Below, one piece after another: positions 50,018-59,548 of a stretch of 64,000 nucleotides of DNA. Source of the stretch: an uncultured Chloroflexia bacterium (GTDB taxonomy: Bacteria > Chloroflexota > Limnocylindria > Limnocylindrales > CSP1-4); contig CAVRGM010000003.1 of the NCBI GenBank assembly GCA_963720715.1, forward strand, positions 385,808-449,807, given 5' to 3'. Each line of letters starts with the position of its first letter. Within the stretch, counting starts at the first letter, position 1. The position numbers were made by a program, and so were the translations under genes. The notes beneath the pieces were generated by a model. It ran no database searches and was not told the origin of the DNA. It saw only the letters and a list, made by a program, of their open reading frames with translations.

Positions 50018-51106
50018 ATGAGCGATCCGACCGGTCGCGAACCGGAAGAGCGGCTGCCAGTCCCGCGCCCGGAACCCGAGGTCCCGTCGGCGGAGCGATT
50101 CTCCTCGCCGGCTTCCACGCGCAGCGTTGAACTGTCGCCGGAACGAGCCGCCCAGGTCGTGCGCCAGTCGTCGAATGCGCGCTGGGTCGGCTTCCTTGCC
50201 GTCGTGGTCGTGATCCTGTTCATCACGGTGTATTGGTTCTACGAGCTGGCTCCGCTGGGTATCCGCGAACCGCGCCTGGATACCGAGGCCGCGAACCAGC
50301 AGGTGACATCGGTCGAGCGCGGCTACAACCTGTACGAGGCCAACTGCGCCCGCTGCCACGGTGCCAACGGTGAGGGCGGCATCGGGCCGACACTCAACCG
50401 CCAGGACAAGCTGTACGCCCACTTGTCGGTCGACTACATCAACACCATGCTCCAGGCTGGCGGTCGGTACGCCTGCGGGGATCCGAACTCGATCATGCCC
50501 ATCTGGTCCAACGAAGGCCGGCCGCCAGGCCCGCTCAACTACGCCCAGATCGATGACATCATCGCGTTCATTCGGGCCCCCAGCACGGAGACCTACACGA
50601 TCCGCGATGCGGAACTCGCCGAGCCCAAACTCGATCCCGTGACCGGTGAGGTCCAGACCTTCACCGGCTGGGTGGATCCGGACTACAAGCCGGCGCCCGG
50701 GGCGACGCCCTATCCGGCGTGCTGGAAGGACGAGTTCACGACCGCCTCGGCGGCACCATCGGGCGAACCGGCCGCGTCCGGCGAACCGGCGGCATCCGGC
50801 GAACCGGCGGCTTCCGTCGACCCGAATACGCCGACGGTCTCGGTCGTGGCCCAGAACATCGAATTCACGACGCCGGCCGTCACTGGCCCAGCTGACACGC
50901 CCTTCGTCATCGAATTCGACAACGAAGATGCCAGCGTGCCGCATGACATCCAGATCAAGGACTCGACTGGTGCGGTCGTGTTCACCGGGGATACGTTCGT
51001 GGGTGTCGAGACCAAGGCGTACGAGGTGCCGGCTCTGGCGGCCGGAGCTTACCCATTCGTGTGCACCGTGCACTCGAACATGACCGGGACGTTGACCGTC
51101 CAGTGA
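50018..51106 (+). CDS. membrane-anchored mono-heme cytochrome c fused to a C-terminal cupredoxin (blue-copper) domain
   Basis: Transmembrane helix VGFLAVVVVILFITVYWF. Heme motif CARCHG with distal Met region. (EPAASG)x3 linker. Cupredoxin ligands H…C-x2-H-x2-M (PHDIQIK … FVCTVHSNMTGTLTVQ). Confidence 0.85.
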   Translation: MSDPTGREPEERLPVPRPEPEVPSAERFSSPASTRSVELSPERAAQVVRQSSNARWVGFLAVVVVILFITVYWFYELAPLGIREPRLDTEAANQQVTSVERGYNLYEANCARCHGANGEGGIGPTLNRQDKLYAHLSVDYINTMLQAGGRYACGDPNSIMPIWSNEGRPPGPLNYAQIDDIIAFIRAPSTETYTIRDAELAEPKLDPVTGEVQTFTGWVDPDYKPAPGATPYPACWKDEFTTASAAPSGEPAASGEPAASGEPAASVDPNTPTVSVVAQNIEFTTPAVTGPADTPFVIEFDNEDASVPHDIQIKDSTGAVVFTGDTFVGVETKAYEVPALAAGAYPFVCTVHSNMTGTLTVQ

Positions 51107-51140
51107 CAGACGGCCGGCCTCGGCCGGTCGATGAGGGAGG

Positions 51141-52601
51141 ATGATGGCGCAACAGGCGCTCGGACCGGGAACCGCGGTGCCGCGACGGCGGGCGCTGTTC
51201 GGCCTGCTCGATTCCGGCGGCTGGGCGTGGGCCTCGGTCAAGGCCTTCGTCTGGCTGATCATCATCATCTTCATCCTCGGCTACCTGCCGGATCGGGCGT
51301 ATTACCTGACAGTGGGCCGGACCGTGGACCTCGGCGTCCTGGTCTGGTCGCCGATCAATCTGTGCCCGCCGTCCAACGAGGATCTTCCCTGTCCGCCGCC
51401 CGTCGGCGGGCTCGTCCCGTGGGAGACTTCACCGCCCGAGTTGGCATTGCCCGAACCGCGAACGGATGGGGCGCTCCTCCAGGTCGGCACGCAGATCTTC
51501 TACTTCGGCGGCTCGGACGGTCAGACGGCGACGTCGACCGTGTATGTCGCAACGACTGTCGGGACGGGCAGCTTCGACACATGGATGGACGGCCCACCCC
51601 TGCCCGCACCACGGGCGGATGCATCGGTCGTGTACATCGCCGGCAGCATCTACGTGATCGGTGGCCGCGACGAGACCGGGGCGCCGACGACGACCGTCTT
51701 CGTCCTCAGCCCGGACCCGCAGACGGGTCAGCTGGGCGAGTGGCGAACGGCTGATGAACTCGTCCTTCCCGAACCGCGCAGCGGCGCGGCGACCGCAGTC
51801 ACCCCCGATGGATTGCTGTTGATCGGTGGTAGCGACGCGACGGGCCCGGTGGCCACGACCTGGGCGACCAAACTCGACTCGAAGGGCGCCCTCGGCGCCT
51901 GGACCGCTGAGCAGCAGTTGAACTCACCGCAGACCGACGCGACGGCGGTCCTCGTCGGCGACTACGTCTGGGTCTACGGCGGCAGCGATGCGTCGGGTCC
52001 GGTCGCGACCGTGCAGCGCGGAGCCTTCGGTGAGAAGGCGGCCGAGGGACTCCCCGAGAATCCGAACACGGGCAAACTCGTCGAGTGGGACGTGAGCGAA
52101 GACATCAACCTGCCCGTCGCCCGGACGAATGCCGCCGGCTGGGGTGCCAACGGCGCGATCTACCAGGCCGGCGGTGACGACGGGAGCGGTCCAACGACCG
52201 CCGTCTACTGGGCGGTCCCGACATCGACCGGCGACCTGACCGAGTGGCTCCATCTCGACGTGAGCGATCTGCCAGCCCCGATCGAAGGGGCGCCGGCCGT
52301 CGTCAACGGCCCGACCGTGGCGATCGTCGGCGGGGCCGGTGCCGGAGGCACCGCGCAGGCGTCGAGCGTGCGCGCCAATACCGCGCCACTCAGTCCGTTC
52401 TTCCAGCTCGGCCTGGTCGGGGCGACCGTCCCGGGCCTGACCCTGGACGGCGAGATCGGCCAGCAGCTCGGCTACCTGAACGCCGCGACGGTGGGGGCCA
52501 TCGACTTCATCATCCTGATCCTGATCGGCGTCGCGTTCGCCCACAAGGCAGAAACCAGGGCGCTGTTCGGGCGGGTGCTGCACCGGCTTCGTCGAGACTG
52601 A
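51141..52601 (+). CDS. membrane-anchored Kelch-repeat beta-propeller protein
   Basis: GGAGG RBS. N-terminal and C-terminal transmembrane helices. About 6 Kelch-like blades (…IFYFGGSDG… / …IYVIGGRDETG… / …LLLIGGSDATG… / …VWVYGGSDASG… / …IYQAGGDDGSG…). Confidence 0.65.
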   Translation: MMAQQALGPGTAVPRRRALFGLLDSGGWAWASVKAFVWLIIIIFILGYLPDRAYYLTVGRTVDLGVLVWSPINLCPPSNEDLPCPPPVGGLVPWETSPPELALPEPRTDGALLQVGTQIFYFGGSDGQTATSTVYVATTVGTGSFDTWMDGPPLPAPRADASVVYIAGSIYVIGGRDETGAPTTTVFVLSPDPQTGQLGEWRTADELVLPEPRSGAATAVTPDGLLLIGGSDATGPVATTWATKLDSKGALGAWTAEQQLNSPQTDATAVLVGDYVWVYGGSDASGPVATVQRGAFGEKAAEGLPENPNTGKLVEWDVSEDINLPVARTNAAGWGANGAIYQAGGDDGSGPTTAVYWAVPTSTGDLTEWLHLDVSDLPAPIEGAPAVVNGPTVAIVGGAGAGGTAQASSVRANTAPLSPFFQLGLVGATVPGLTLDGEIGQQLGYLNAATVGAIDFIILILIGVAFAHKAETRALFGRVLHRLRRD

Positions 52602-52620
52602 TCGGCCAGCTCGATCACCA

Positions 52621-52992
52621 TTACCCGGCCGGCAACTCGCCCTCGCCGGGTGCGATGGGGCCGCGTCGGATCGCGAGACCGGCCCGTTCCCAGGCATCCA
52701 TCCCGCCCGCGACATTGACCACATCCGTCCGCCCCGTGCTCATCAGGTACCCGGCGACGGTCGCGGATCTGCCACCGGTGTGACAGATCACGAGCAACGG
52801 TCGGTCGGGCGGGAGTTCGCCGACACGGGCCAGGAACGTCGAGGTCGGGACCAGGACCGCGCCGCTCGCCCGAACGAAGGCGAACTCGCCGGCTTCCCGG
52901 ACATCGAGCAGGATCGGACGATCGGGATCCTCGCGAAGTCGTCGGTCAGCCTCGGTGACGTCGATGGTCGGGATCGCGGGCGGCATCGTCAC
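52621..52992 (-). CDS. single-domain rhodanese (sulfurtransferase)
   Basis: Active-site loop CHTGGRS. Confidence 0.8.
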   Translation of the reverse strand: MTMPPAIPTIDVTEADRRLREDPDRPILLDVREAGEFAFVRASGAVLVPTSTFLARVGELPPDRPLLVICHTGGRSATVAGYLMSTGRTDVVNVAGGMDAWERAGLAIRRGPIAPGEGELPAG

Positions 52993-53453
52993 ACCTGGCT
53001 CCTTCGGATGTCGGGCGGGCCGAGTCTCGGTCCGTCGGGGTGGCTGAGGAGGTCCGCGAGCCGTTGATCGATGGCGACGATCAGCGCCGTCAGGTCGTGC
53101 GGCTCGGCAGCGGCCAGGATGGGGGCCGGGATCGATCCCGGCCAGCCGCTCTCCTTGGCGCCGACGAGAAGCCGTCGCGCGCCCTCGAGATTGCGGGCGA
53201 TGCCGGCGGGGTTGCCGCGCGTGCCGTGAACGTATGCCGCCGCGACCTTGATCAGGCCCTGAAGCCAGGCTCGCTCGACCGGGTCGGCCGAGCCCATCCA
53301 GGCAGGTTCGAGGTCCTCGTGGGCATCGAAGAAGTCGCCACGCTCGTACGCTGCGAGGCCGACCGCGATGGCCGTGGCGCGAGCCTCGACGGGGAGTGGG
53401 CGATACGCCTTGGCTCGGCCGTCACGTCCGATGATGACGGACGGTGTCGTCAT
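52989..53453 (-). CDS. DUF309-family protein
   Basis: Characteristic FFDAHEDLEPAW…GLIKVAAAY motif. Confidence 0.55.
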   Translation of the reverse strand: MTTPSVIIGRDGRAKAYRPLPVEARATAIAVGLAAYERGDFFDAHEDLEPAWMGSADPVERAWLQGLIKVAAAYVHGTRGNPAGIARNLEGARRLLVGAKESGWPGSIPAPILAAAEPHDLTALIVAIDQRLADLLSHPDGPRLGPPDIRRSQV

Positions 53454-53856
53454 CCAGGATCGAGCAGCGGGCGACGATCAGCGAAGCCAGTGTCCAGGTC
53501 ATGCCACCAGGCGATGGCCGGCTCACCGAGTTGCCAGCACAGCCAGATCTGGTCTCCCGCACGCAGCGCCGGGAAGTCGACGAGGCCGTGCTCGATGTCG
53601 CGCAAGGTCAGACCCAGCGCATCGATCCGGGCCACACCGGCTGCCATCTGGTCGATCAGACCCTGCATCCGAAGGCGAGTCAATCGAAGATCGCCGGCGA
53701 TCGCCGTCGGGGCGCCCTCGCCACCGCCGCGTTCGGCCAGGACCTCATCGCGGAGGCGGACCAGTTCGATGCGCTGGTCCGCCAGGAGCCGGACGATGCG
53801 GTCCAACTCGGGGACCGTGGCGTTGGCGCTGTCAAGGTCGAAGATCTGCCTCATCA
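53450..53856 (-). CDS. hypothetical protein (about 135 aa)
   Basis: Start placed at MMRQIFDLDS, with GGAGG 12 nt upstream. ATGA-type overlap with the downstream gene. Confidence 0.4.
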
Positions 53857-53931
53857 TCCCGATTCTAGTCCTCCGGTCGCCTATCATCGACCAGAGGGCC
53901 GACCGAGCCTCTGTCTGAGGAGGATCCAAGA

Positions 53932-54849
53932 GTGCGACGCGTCTTCCTGTGGGCCGCCCGAAACGGGTGGTTGAAGGAGCATCTCCCGCACTTCCGTTTC
54001 ATGCGCCGGGCCGTACGACGGTTCATGCCCGGCGAGACGCTCGAGGACGCGCTCGCCGCCGCGGTCCCATTGCAGGCTGCCGGGATCGGGACGATGTATA
54101 CGCGCCTCGGCGAGAACCTGGACGACCTGGCCGCGGCAGACGCGGTCGCGGACCACTATGTCGAGGCCATCGACAAGATCGTGGCGGCCGGGATCACCGG
54201 CGAGATATCGGTCAAGCCCACTCAGTTGGGTCTTGATCACGATGCCGATGCGTGTCTGGCCCATCTGGTCCGGATCGCCGAACACGCAGCCACGGCGGAT
54301 TCCTATCTGTGGATCGACATGGAAGGCAGTTCGTATGTGGAGGCGACCATCTCGCTGTATGAGCGCCTGCGCGCGGTCCAGCCGCGAACGGGGATCTGCC
54401 TCCAGGCGTACCTGCGCCGGACCGCGGCCGACGTCGAACGACTTCGCCCGCTGGATCCGGCCATCCGGCTGGTCAAGGGCGCATACGACGAGAAGGCGTC
54501 GATCGCCTACCGCGATCGACGTGGCGTGGATGCCAATTACGTGGGGCTGGCCGTCCGGTTCCTGCTGGACGGGCGGGGCCGGCCGATCCGCCTGGGCCTG
54601 GGCACCCACGACGTGGCGCTCATCGAGCAGATCGCGGACCAGGTCGGGGTCGCCGGCATCGGACGAGACGGGTTCGAAGTCGAGATGCTCTACGGGATCC
54701 GGGCCGACGAACAATTCAGGCTGGCCAAGGCCGGTTACCGGGTCCAGACCCTGATCGCCTATGGTGAGCATTGGTATCCGTGGTACATGCGTCGGCTGGC
54801 CGAGCGACCGGCCAACGTCTGGTTCGCCTTGCGCCAGATGCTGCCCTGA
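53932..54849 (+). CDS. proline dehydrogenase (monofunctional PRODH)
   Basis: …GISVKPTQLG…LWIDMEGSSY…IRLVKGAYDE…EMLYGIRADE… (FAD-dependent PRODH barrel motifs). Confidence 0.85.
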   Translation: MRRVFLWAARNGWLKEHLPHFRFMRRAVRRFMPGETLEDALAAAVPLQAAGIGTMYTRLGENLDDLAAADAVADHYVEAIDKIVAAGITGEISVKPTQLGLDHDADACLAHLVRIAEHAATADSYLWIDMEGSSYVEATISLYERLRAVQPRTGICLQAYLRRTAADVERLRPLDPAIRLVKGAYDEKASIAYRDRRGVDANYVGLAVRFLLDGRGRPIRLGLGTHDVALIEQIADQVGVAGIGRDGFEVEMLYGIRADEQFRLAKAGYRVQTLIAYGEHWYPWYMRRLAERPANVWFALRQMLP

Positions 54850-54866
54850 GGCTGGAAGGAACGTCC

Positions 54867-56042
54867 ATGAGGATCGCGAAACGGATGGCGACCATCGGCA
54901 CAGAGAGCGCGTTCGAGGTTTCGGCCCGCGCTCGCGCGCTCGAGGCCGAGGGGCAGTCGATCATCCACCTCCAGATCGGCGAGCCCGACTTCGACACGCC
55001 GGCGAACGTCCGTGCGGCGGCCAAGGCCGCGCTCGATGCCGGAGCCACTCACTACCCGCCATTCCCCGGGCTGCCCGGTTTGCGCGAGGCCATCGCGGCC
55101 GATGCCACGGAGCGCAAGGGGTTCACAGTCGACCCATCGCAGGTCTTCGTCACGGTCGGTGGCAAGGGCGTGATGCTGTACGCGATCCTCGGTCTCGTCG
55201 ACCCGGGCGATGAGGTTCTTGTCCCGGATCCGGGATACCCGATCTATGAATCGCTGACCCGGTTCGTCGGCGCGACACCGGTGCCTGTCCCGATCCGGAT
55301 GACCAACGATTTCCGGCTCGATGTCGATGAGCTGGCCAGCCTGATCACGCCGAAGACCCGGGTGCTCGTCCTGAATTCGCCGGCGAACCCGACCGGCGGC
55401 GTCCTCACCCGAAGCGACCTGGAACGCATCGCCGATCTCGCCATCAAGCACGACCTGTGGGTCCTGGCCGACGAGATCTACGGCCGGATCCTGTACGACG
55501 GCGCGGAACACGTCTCGATCGCATCGCTGCCGGGCATGGCCGACCGGACGATCGTCCTCGACGGGTTCTCGAAGACGTTCGCGATGACCGGCTGGCGGAT
55601 GGGCTACGCCATCGTCCCGCCGAGCCTGATCAAGACCTACGGGCAGTTGATCATCAACACGATCAGCGGCGTTGCCACCTTCGCCCAGGCGGGCGCGATC
55701 GAGGCCCTGGTCGGCCAGCAGGACGATGTCGCCGCCATGGTCGTCGAATTCAAGGCTCGTCGAGACCTCATCGTCGACGGCCTGAACACCATCCCGGGCA
55801 TCTCCTGCCTCCGGCCGTCAGGAGCGTTCTACGTCTTCCCGTCGATCGCCGACACCGGCTTCGACGGTGCCGTTCTCGCCGATCGGCTGCTCCAGGAGGC
55901 CGGCGTGTGCGTCCTGCCCGGGTCCGCCTTCGGTGGCCTTGCCGACGAACACATCCGGATCAGCTACGCGAACTCCCGCGAGAACCTGACCGAGGCACTG
56001 CACCGGATCCGGACGTTCCTTGCGGAGGCGTCCCGTGGCTGA
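54867..56042 (+). CDS. class I/II aminotransferase (aspartate/aromatic aminotransferase-like)
   Basis: RBS GGAAGGAA. …[13 protein letters not shown]… and PLP-Lys motif [13 protein letters not shown]. Confidence 0.9.
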   Translation: MRIAKRMATIGTESAFEVSARARALEAEGQSIIHLQIGEPDFDTPANVRAAAKAALDAGATHYPPFPGLPGLREAIAADATERKGFTVDPSQVFVTVGGKGVMLYAILGLVDPGDEVLVPDPGYPIYESLTRFVGATPVPVPIRMTNDFRLDVDELASLITPKTRVLVLNSPANPTGGVLTRSDLERIADLAIKHDLWVLADEIYGRILYDGAEHVSIASLPGMADRTIVLDGFSKTFAMTGWRMGYAIVPPSLIKTYGQLIINTISGVATFAQAGAIEALVGQQDDVAAMVVEFKARRDLIVDGLNTIPGISCLRPSGAFYVFPSIADTGFDGAVLADRLLQEAGVCVLPGSAFGGLADEHIRISYANSRENLTEALHRIRTFLAEASRG

Positions 56043-57021
56043 GAGCGAGCGACCCCGGGTCTTCGTGGCCCGCGTCATCCCGGACGAGGGATTGGCAATG
56101 GTCCGGGCAGCCTGCGAGATGGACCTGTGGGAGGAAGCGCTGCCGCCGCCCCGAGCCGAACTGTTGCGCCGCATCGCGGGCTGCGACGGCGTGCTGGCCC
56201 TGCTGACCGATCGGGTCGACGACGAGTTCCTGGATGCCGCCGGCCCACAGCTCAAGGTCGTCGCCAACTACGCCGTCGGGTTCGACAACGTCGATGTCGA
56301 GGCCTGCGCCCGCCGAGGCGTGGCCGTGGGCAATACGCCGGGCGTGCTCACCGAGACGACGGCCGACCTGGCCTGGACGCTGCTGATGGCGGCCGCGCGC
56401 CGGATCCCCGAAGGCGACCGCTACGTCCGGGCCGGCCAGTGGCGGACGTGGGGGCCGCTGCTCCTTCTCGGTCCGGACGTCCACGGGGCGACCATCGGGA
56501 TCGTGGGTTTCGGACGGATCGGCCAGGCCGTGGCCCGACGAGCGCAGGGGTTCGGGATGCGCATCCTCTATCACGACCTGCAGACGCTGCCCGTCGAGGT
56601 CACCGAGCCGCTGGGCGCGACCTACGCGTCACTCGACGAACTGCTACCGGCGAGTGACTTCGTTTCGCTCCACGTCAACCTCAGCGAGGCGACCCGCCAC
56701 CTGATCAACGCTCGGACGCTGGCCATGATGAAGCCGACCGCGGTCCTGGTGAACACGTCGCGCGGTCCGGTCATCGACCAGCTCGCATTGGCCGACGCGT
56801 TGCGTGACGGGGTCATCTGGGCGGCCGGCCTGGACGTCACGGACCCCGAGCCGATCCCCATGGATGACCCACTGGTCGGGCTCGACAACTGCCTGATCGT
56901 GCCCCACATCGCCTCGGCGTCGCGGGCGACGCGCGGGAAGATGGCGGAGATGGCCGCCGCCAACCTCATCGCTGGCGTCCGTGGCGAGCCGTTGCCGACC
57001 CCGGTCCCGACCCCGGGCTGA
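56020..57021 (+). CDS. D-isomer-specific 2-hydroxyacid dehydrogenase (glyoxylate/hydroxypyruvate reductase-like)
   Basis: NAD-binding [16 protein letters not shown] and catalytic region …[14 protein letters not shown]…HIASAS…. The 5' end overlaps the aminotransferase gene, so the true start may lie a few codons downstream. Confidence 0.85.
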   Translation: MRRRPVAESERPRVFVARVIPDEGLAMVRAACEMDLWEEALPPPRAELLRRIAGCDGVLALLTDRVDDEFLDAAGPQLKVVANYAVGFDNVDVEACARRGVAVGNTPGVLTETTADLAWTLLMAAARRIPEGDRYVRAGQWRTWGPLLLLGPDVHGATIGIVGFGRIGQAVARRAQGFGMRILYHDLQTLPVEVTEPLGATYASLDELLPASDFVSLHVNLSEATRHLINARTLAMMKPTAVLVNTSRGPVIDQLALADALRDGVIWAAGLDVTDPEPIPMDDPLVGLDNCLIVPHIASASRATRGKMAEMAAANLIAGVRGEPLPTPVPTPG

Positions 57022-57101
57022 GTTTCGCTTCGCCTCGCCGTCGCCACAGCCCCGCCCGTCGCCACAGCCCAGCCCGATCCGAACGTGATACGGTCCCGCG
57101 T

Positions 57102-57173
57102 GGGCCGGTAGCTCAGTGGCAGAGCACGGGACTTTTAATCCCTTGGTCGTGGGTTCGAATCCCACCCGGCTCG
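57102..57173 (+). tRNA. tRNA-Lys (anticodon UUU), CCA not encoded
   Basis: Hand-folded: gggccgg-ta-gctc-agtggca-gagc-a-cggga-CTTTTAA-tccct-tggtc-gtggg-ttcgaat-cccac-ccggctc-g. Confidence 0.8.
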
Positions 57174-57199
57174 CCGATGATCGTCAGGCGGGTGGAGGC

Positions 57200-58060
57200 A
57201 TGGGACTGCAGCGGTTCGCCGATGTGGGCGAGTTCCTCGATGTGGCCGGCGAATTCCTCGTTGCCCGCGAGGCCGAGCACAATCTGATCCTCGGCATCTG
57301 CTCGAACCTGCGCGACTACCCCGAGACGTTCGACCACCCGCCGTACCTTGCCGTCGTGACCAGTTCGGAACGGGTGATCGGCGTTGCCCTCCAGACACCG
57401 CCCCATCGTCTGGTTCTTTCCGAGGTCGACGACCGACGCGCGATCGAGTGGTTCGCCAGCGACCTCCGGGAACACGTCCTGCCCGGTGTCCTCGGACCCG
57501 TCGCGGTGGCGCGCTCGTTCGTCGCCGCGAGAACGGCGCTCGGCGGCTCGGCCGCCACCCCGTCGGCGCGTGAACGCATCTACCGGTTGACCAGCGTTCG
57601 GCCGGTGCGGCCCACCGGCGGCGCATGGCGGCTGGGCAAACCGGATGATCGCGCGATGGTTGCCGATTGGCTCTGGGCATTCACACGGGAGGCGCTCGAG
57701 GAGGTCGACCGTGAGCGGACGGAGGCGATGGCCGATCGATGGCTCGCCGGGCGTGGCCGGACGATCTATCTGTGGGAGAACGGAGTCGCGGTCTCACTCT
57801 GTGCCGTCGGGAGTCCGACCCCGCATGGGATCCGCATCGGGCCGGTGTACACGCCCATGGAACGCCGCGGACACGGATACGCGAGCGCGCTCGTCGCTGC
57901 CGTGAGCCAGATCCAGCTCGAAGCCGGGCGCAGGTTCGTCTACCTCTTCACGGATCTCGCCAATCCGACCTCGAATCACATCTACCAGACCATCGGCTAT
58001 GAGCCGGTCGCCGATGTCGAGGAGTGGATCTTCGCCTCCGACCCGTCGCGCATCAGGTAG
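57200..58060 (+). CDS. GNAT-family N-acetyltransferase
   Basis: RBS GGTGGAGG. C-terminal acetyl-CoA motif …RRGHGYASALVAAVS…. Start placed after the tRNA (the ORF-track start at 57116 would overlap tRNA-Lys). Confidence 0.6.
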   Translation: MGLQRFADVGEFLDVAGEFLVAREAEHNLILGICSNLRDYPETFDHPPYLAVVTSSERVIGVALQTPPHRLVLSEVDDRRAIEWFASDLREHVLPGVLGPVAVARSFVAARTALGGSAATPSARERIYRLTSVRPVRPTGGAWRLGKPDDRAMVADWLWAFTREALEEVDRERTEAMADRWLAGRGRTIYLWENGVAVSLCAVGSPTPHGIRIGPVYTPMERRGHGYASALVAAVSQIQLEAGRRFVYLFTDLANPTSNHIYQTIGYEPVADVEEWIFASDPSRIR

Positions 58061-58227
58061 CGACCCGCAACCACAACCCTGCGCGCCCGGACCGTTGAGA
58101 TCGCACCCGAACCGATACGTTGTCGGCCCTGGCACGGGGCCGCGACGGTCCCACCCGCCCTCCTAGCCTTTGGTCATGCCCGGCTGCTTGCGTCGGGTGC
58201 CCTGGCTCGACGGAGGTCGGATCGACG

Positions 58228-59448
58228 ATGGACACTGGAGATACCGCGTGGATGCTCACATCCACGGCGCTGGTCATGGTGATGCTGCCGGGGCTGGCGC
58301 TGTTCTACGGTGGCCTCGTCCGCCGCAAGAACGTCCTGTCGACGACGATGCACAGCTTCTTCGGGCTGGCCCTGGTAAGCATCGTCTGGGTCGTCATCGG
58401 GTTCACCCTGGCCTTCGGGCCTGACGTCAACGGCGCCGGCCTCATCGGCGGGCTTGACTTCGCGATGTTCAACGGGGTCGGCCAGGAACCGTCGACGGTG
58501 TACGCGACGACGATCCCGTTCATGTTGTTCGCGATGTTCCAGTTGATGTTCGCGGCGATCACGCCGGCCCTCATCACCGGGGCGTTCGCCGAGCGCAAAC
58601 GGTTCGGCTCCTTCGTCCTGTTCACCATCCTGTGGTCGATCCTCATCTACTCGCCGATCGCGCATTGGGTCTGGTCGGTCGATGGCTGGCTGTTCAAGCT
58701 CGGCGCCCTCGACTTCGCCGGCGGCACCGTCGTCCACATCAGCTCGGGTGTGTCGGCCCTGGTCGTGGCCCTCTTGATCGGCCGTCGCCGAATGAACGGC
58801 GAGAAGTCGGAGCCGCATGACGTGCCGATGGTCGTTCTCGGCGCGGGTCTGCTGTGGTTCGGTTGGTTCGGCTTCAACGCCGGGTCGGCGGTCACCGCCG
58901 GGGGACTGGCTGCCAGCGCCTTCACCGTCACCAACATCGCCGCCGCTGCGGCGACCGTCACCTGGGTCCTGGCAAGCTACGCGCACAGCCGGAAGGTCAG
59001 CGTGGTCGGTGCCGCGTGCGGCGCGGTCGCCGGTCTCGTCGCGATCACCCCGGCCTCCGGCTACGTGACGCCGGGTGGCGCGCTCATCATCGGTCTCGTG
59101 GCCGGCGGGTTGTGCTACAGCGCGACCCTCTTGCGCGCGCGCTCGAAGGTCGATGACGCGCTCGACGTCTTCGCCGTCCACGGTGTCGGCGGGATGTTCG
59201 GGGCGATCGCCACCGGCATCCTGGCCTCGAGCACGGTCCAGGCTGCGTATTCCGGATTGCTCGATGGCAACCCCCAGCAGCTCGTCACCCAGCTGGTCGC
59301 CGTCCTCGCGACGGTCGGGTACGCAGTGGTCGGCACATTCGTCATCGTCAAGGTCGTCGATGCCCTCCTCGGCATCCGGGTCAAGCCGGAGGCCGAAGAG
59401 GCTGGTCTCGACATCTCCGTCCACGGTGAGGTCGCCTATCAGGTGTGA
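58228..59448 (+). CDS. amt: ammonium transporter (Amt family)
   Basis: RBS GGAGG. …AWMLTSTALVMVMLPGLALFYGGLVR… signature and about 11 transmembrane helices. Confidence 0.9.
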   Translation: MDTGDTAWMLTSTALVMVMLPGLALFYGGLVRRKNVLSTTMHSFFGLALVSIVWVVIGFTLAFGPDVNGAGLIGGLDFAMFNGVGQEPSTVYATTIPFMLFAMFQLMFAAITPALITGAFAERKRFGSFVLFTILWSILIYSPIAHWVWSVDGWLFKLGALDFAGGTVVHISSGVSALVVALLIGRRRMNGEKSEPHDVPMVVLGAGLLWFGWFGFNAGSAVTAGGLAASAFTVTNIAAAAATVTWVLASYAHSRKVSVVGAACGAVAGLVAITPASGYVTPGGALIIGLVAGGLCYSATLLRARSKVDDALDVFAVHGVGGMFGAIATGILASSTVQAAYSGLLDGNPQQLVTQLVAVLATVGYAVVGTFVIVKVVDALLGIRVKPEAEEAGLDISVHGEVAYQV

Positions 59449-59489
59449 TGCCCGGGCCACTCCGGCCCGCGCGTCCGCGATCAGAACGA

Positions 59490-59525
59490 GCCGGCCACCG
59501 TCGACCGATTTCGACGGTGGCCGGC
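59490..59525 (+). terminator. strong hairpin (15-bp perfect stem GCCGGCCACCGTCGA / TCGACGGTGGCCGGC, loop CCGATT) between amt and gltB
   Basis: Seen in sequence 40 nt after the amt stop. No U-tract. Could be a terminator or an RNA processing/regulatory element. Confidence 0.45.
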
Positions 59526-59548
59526 CTGTCCCACTCAGGAGCCCGACC

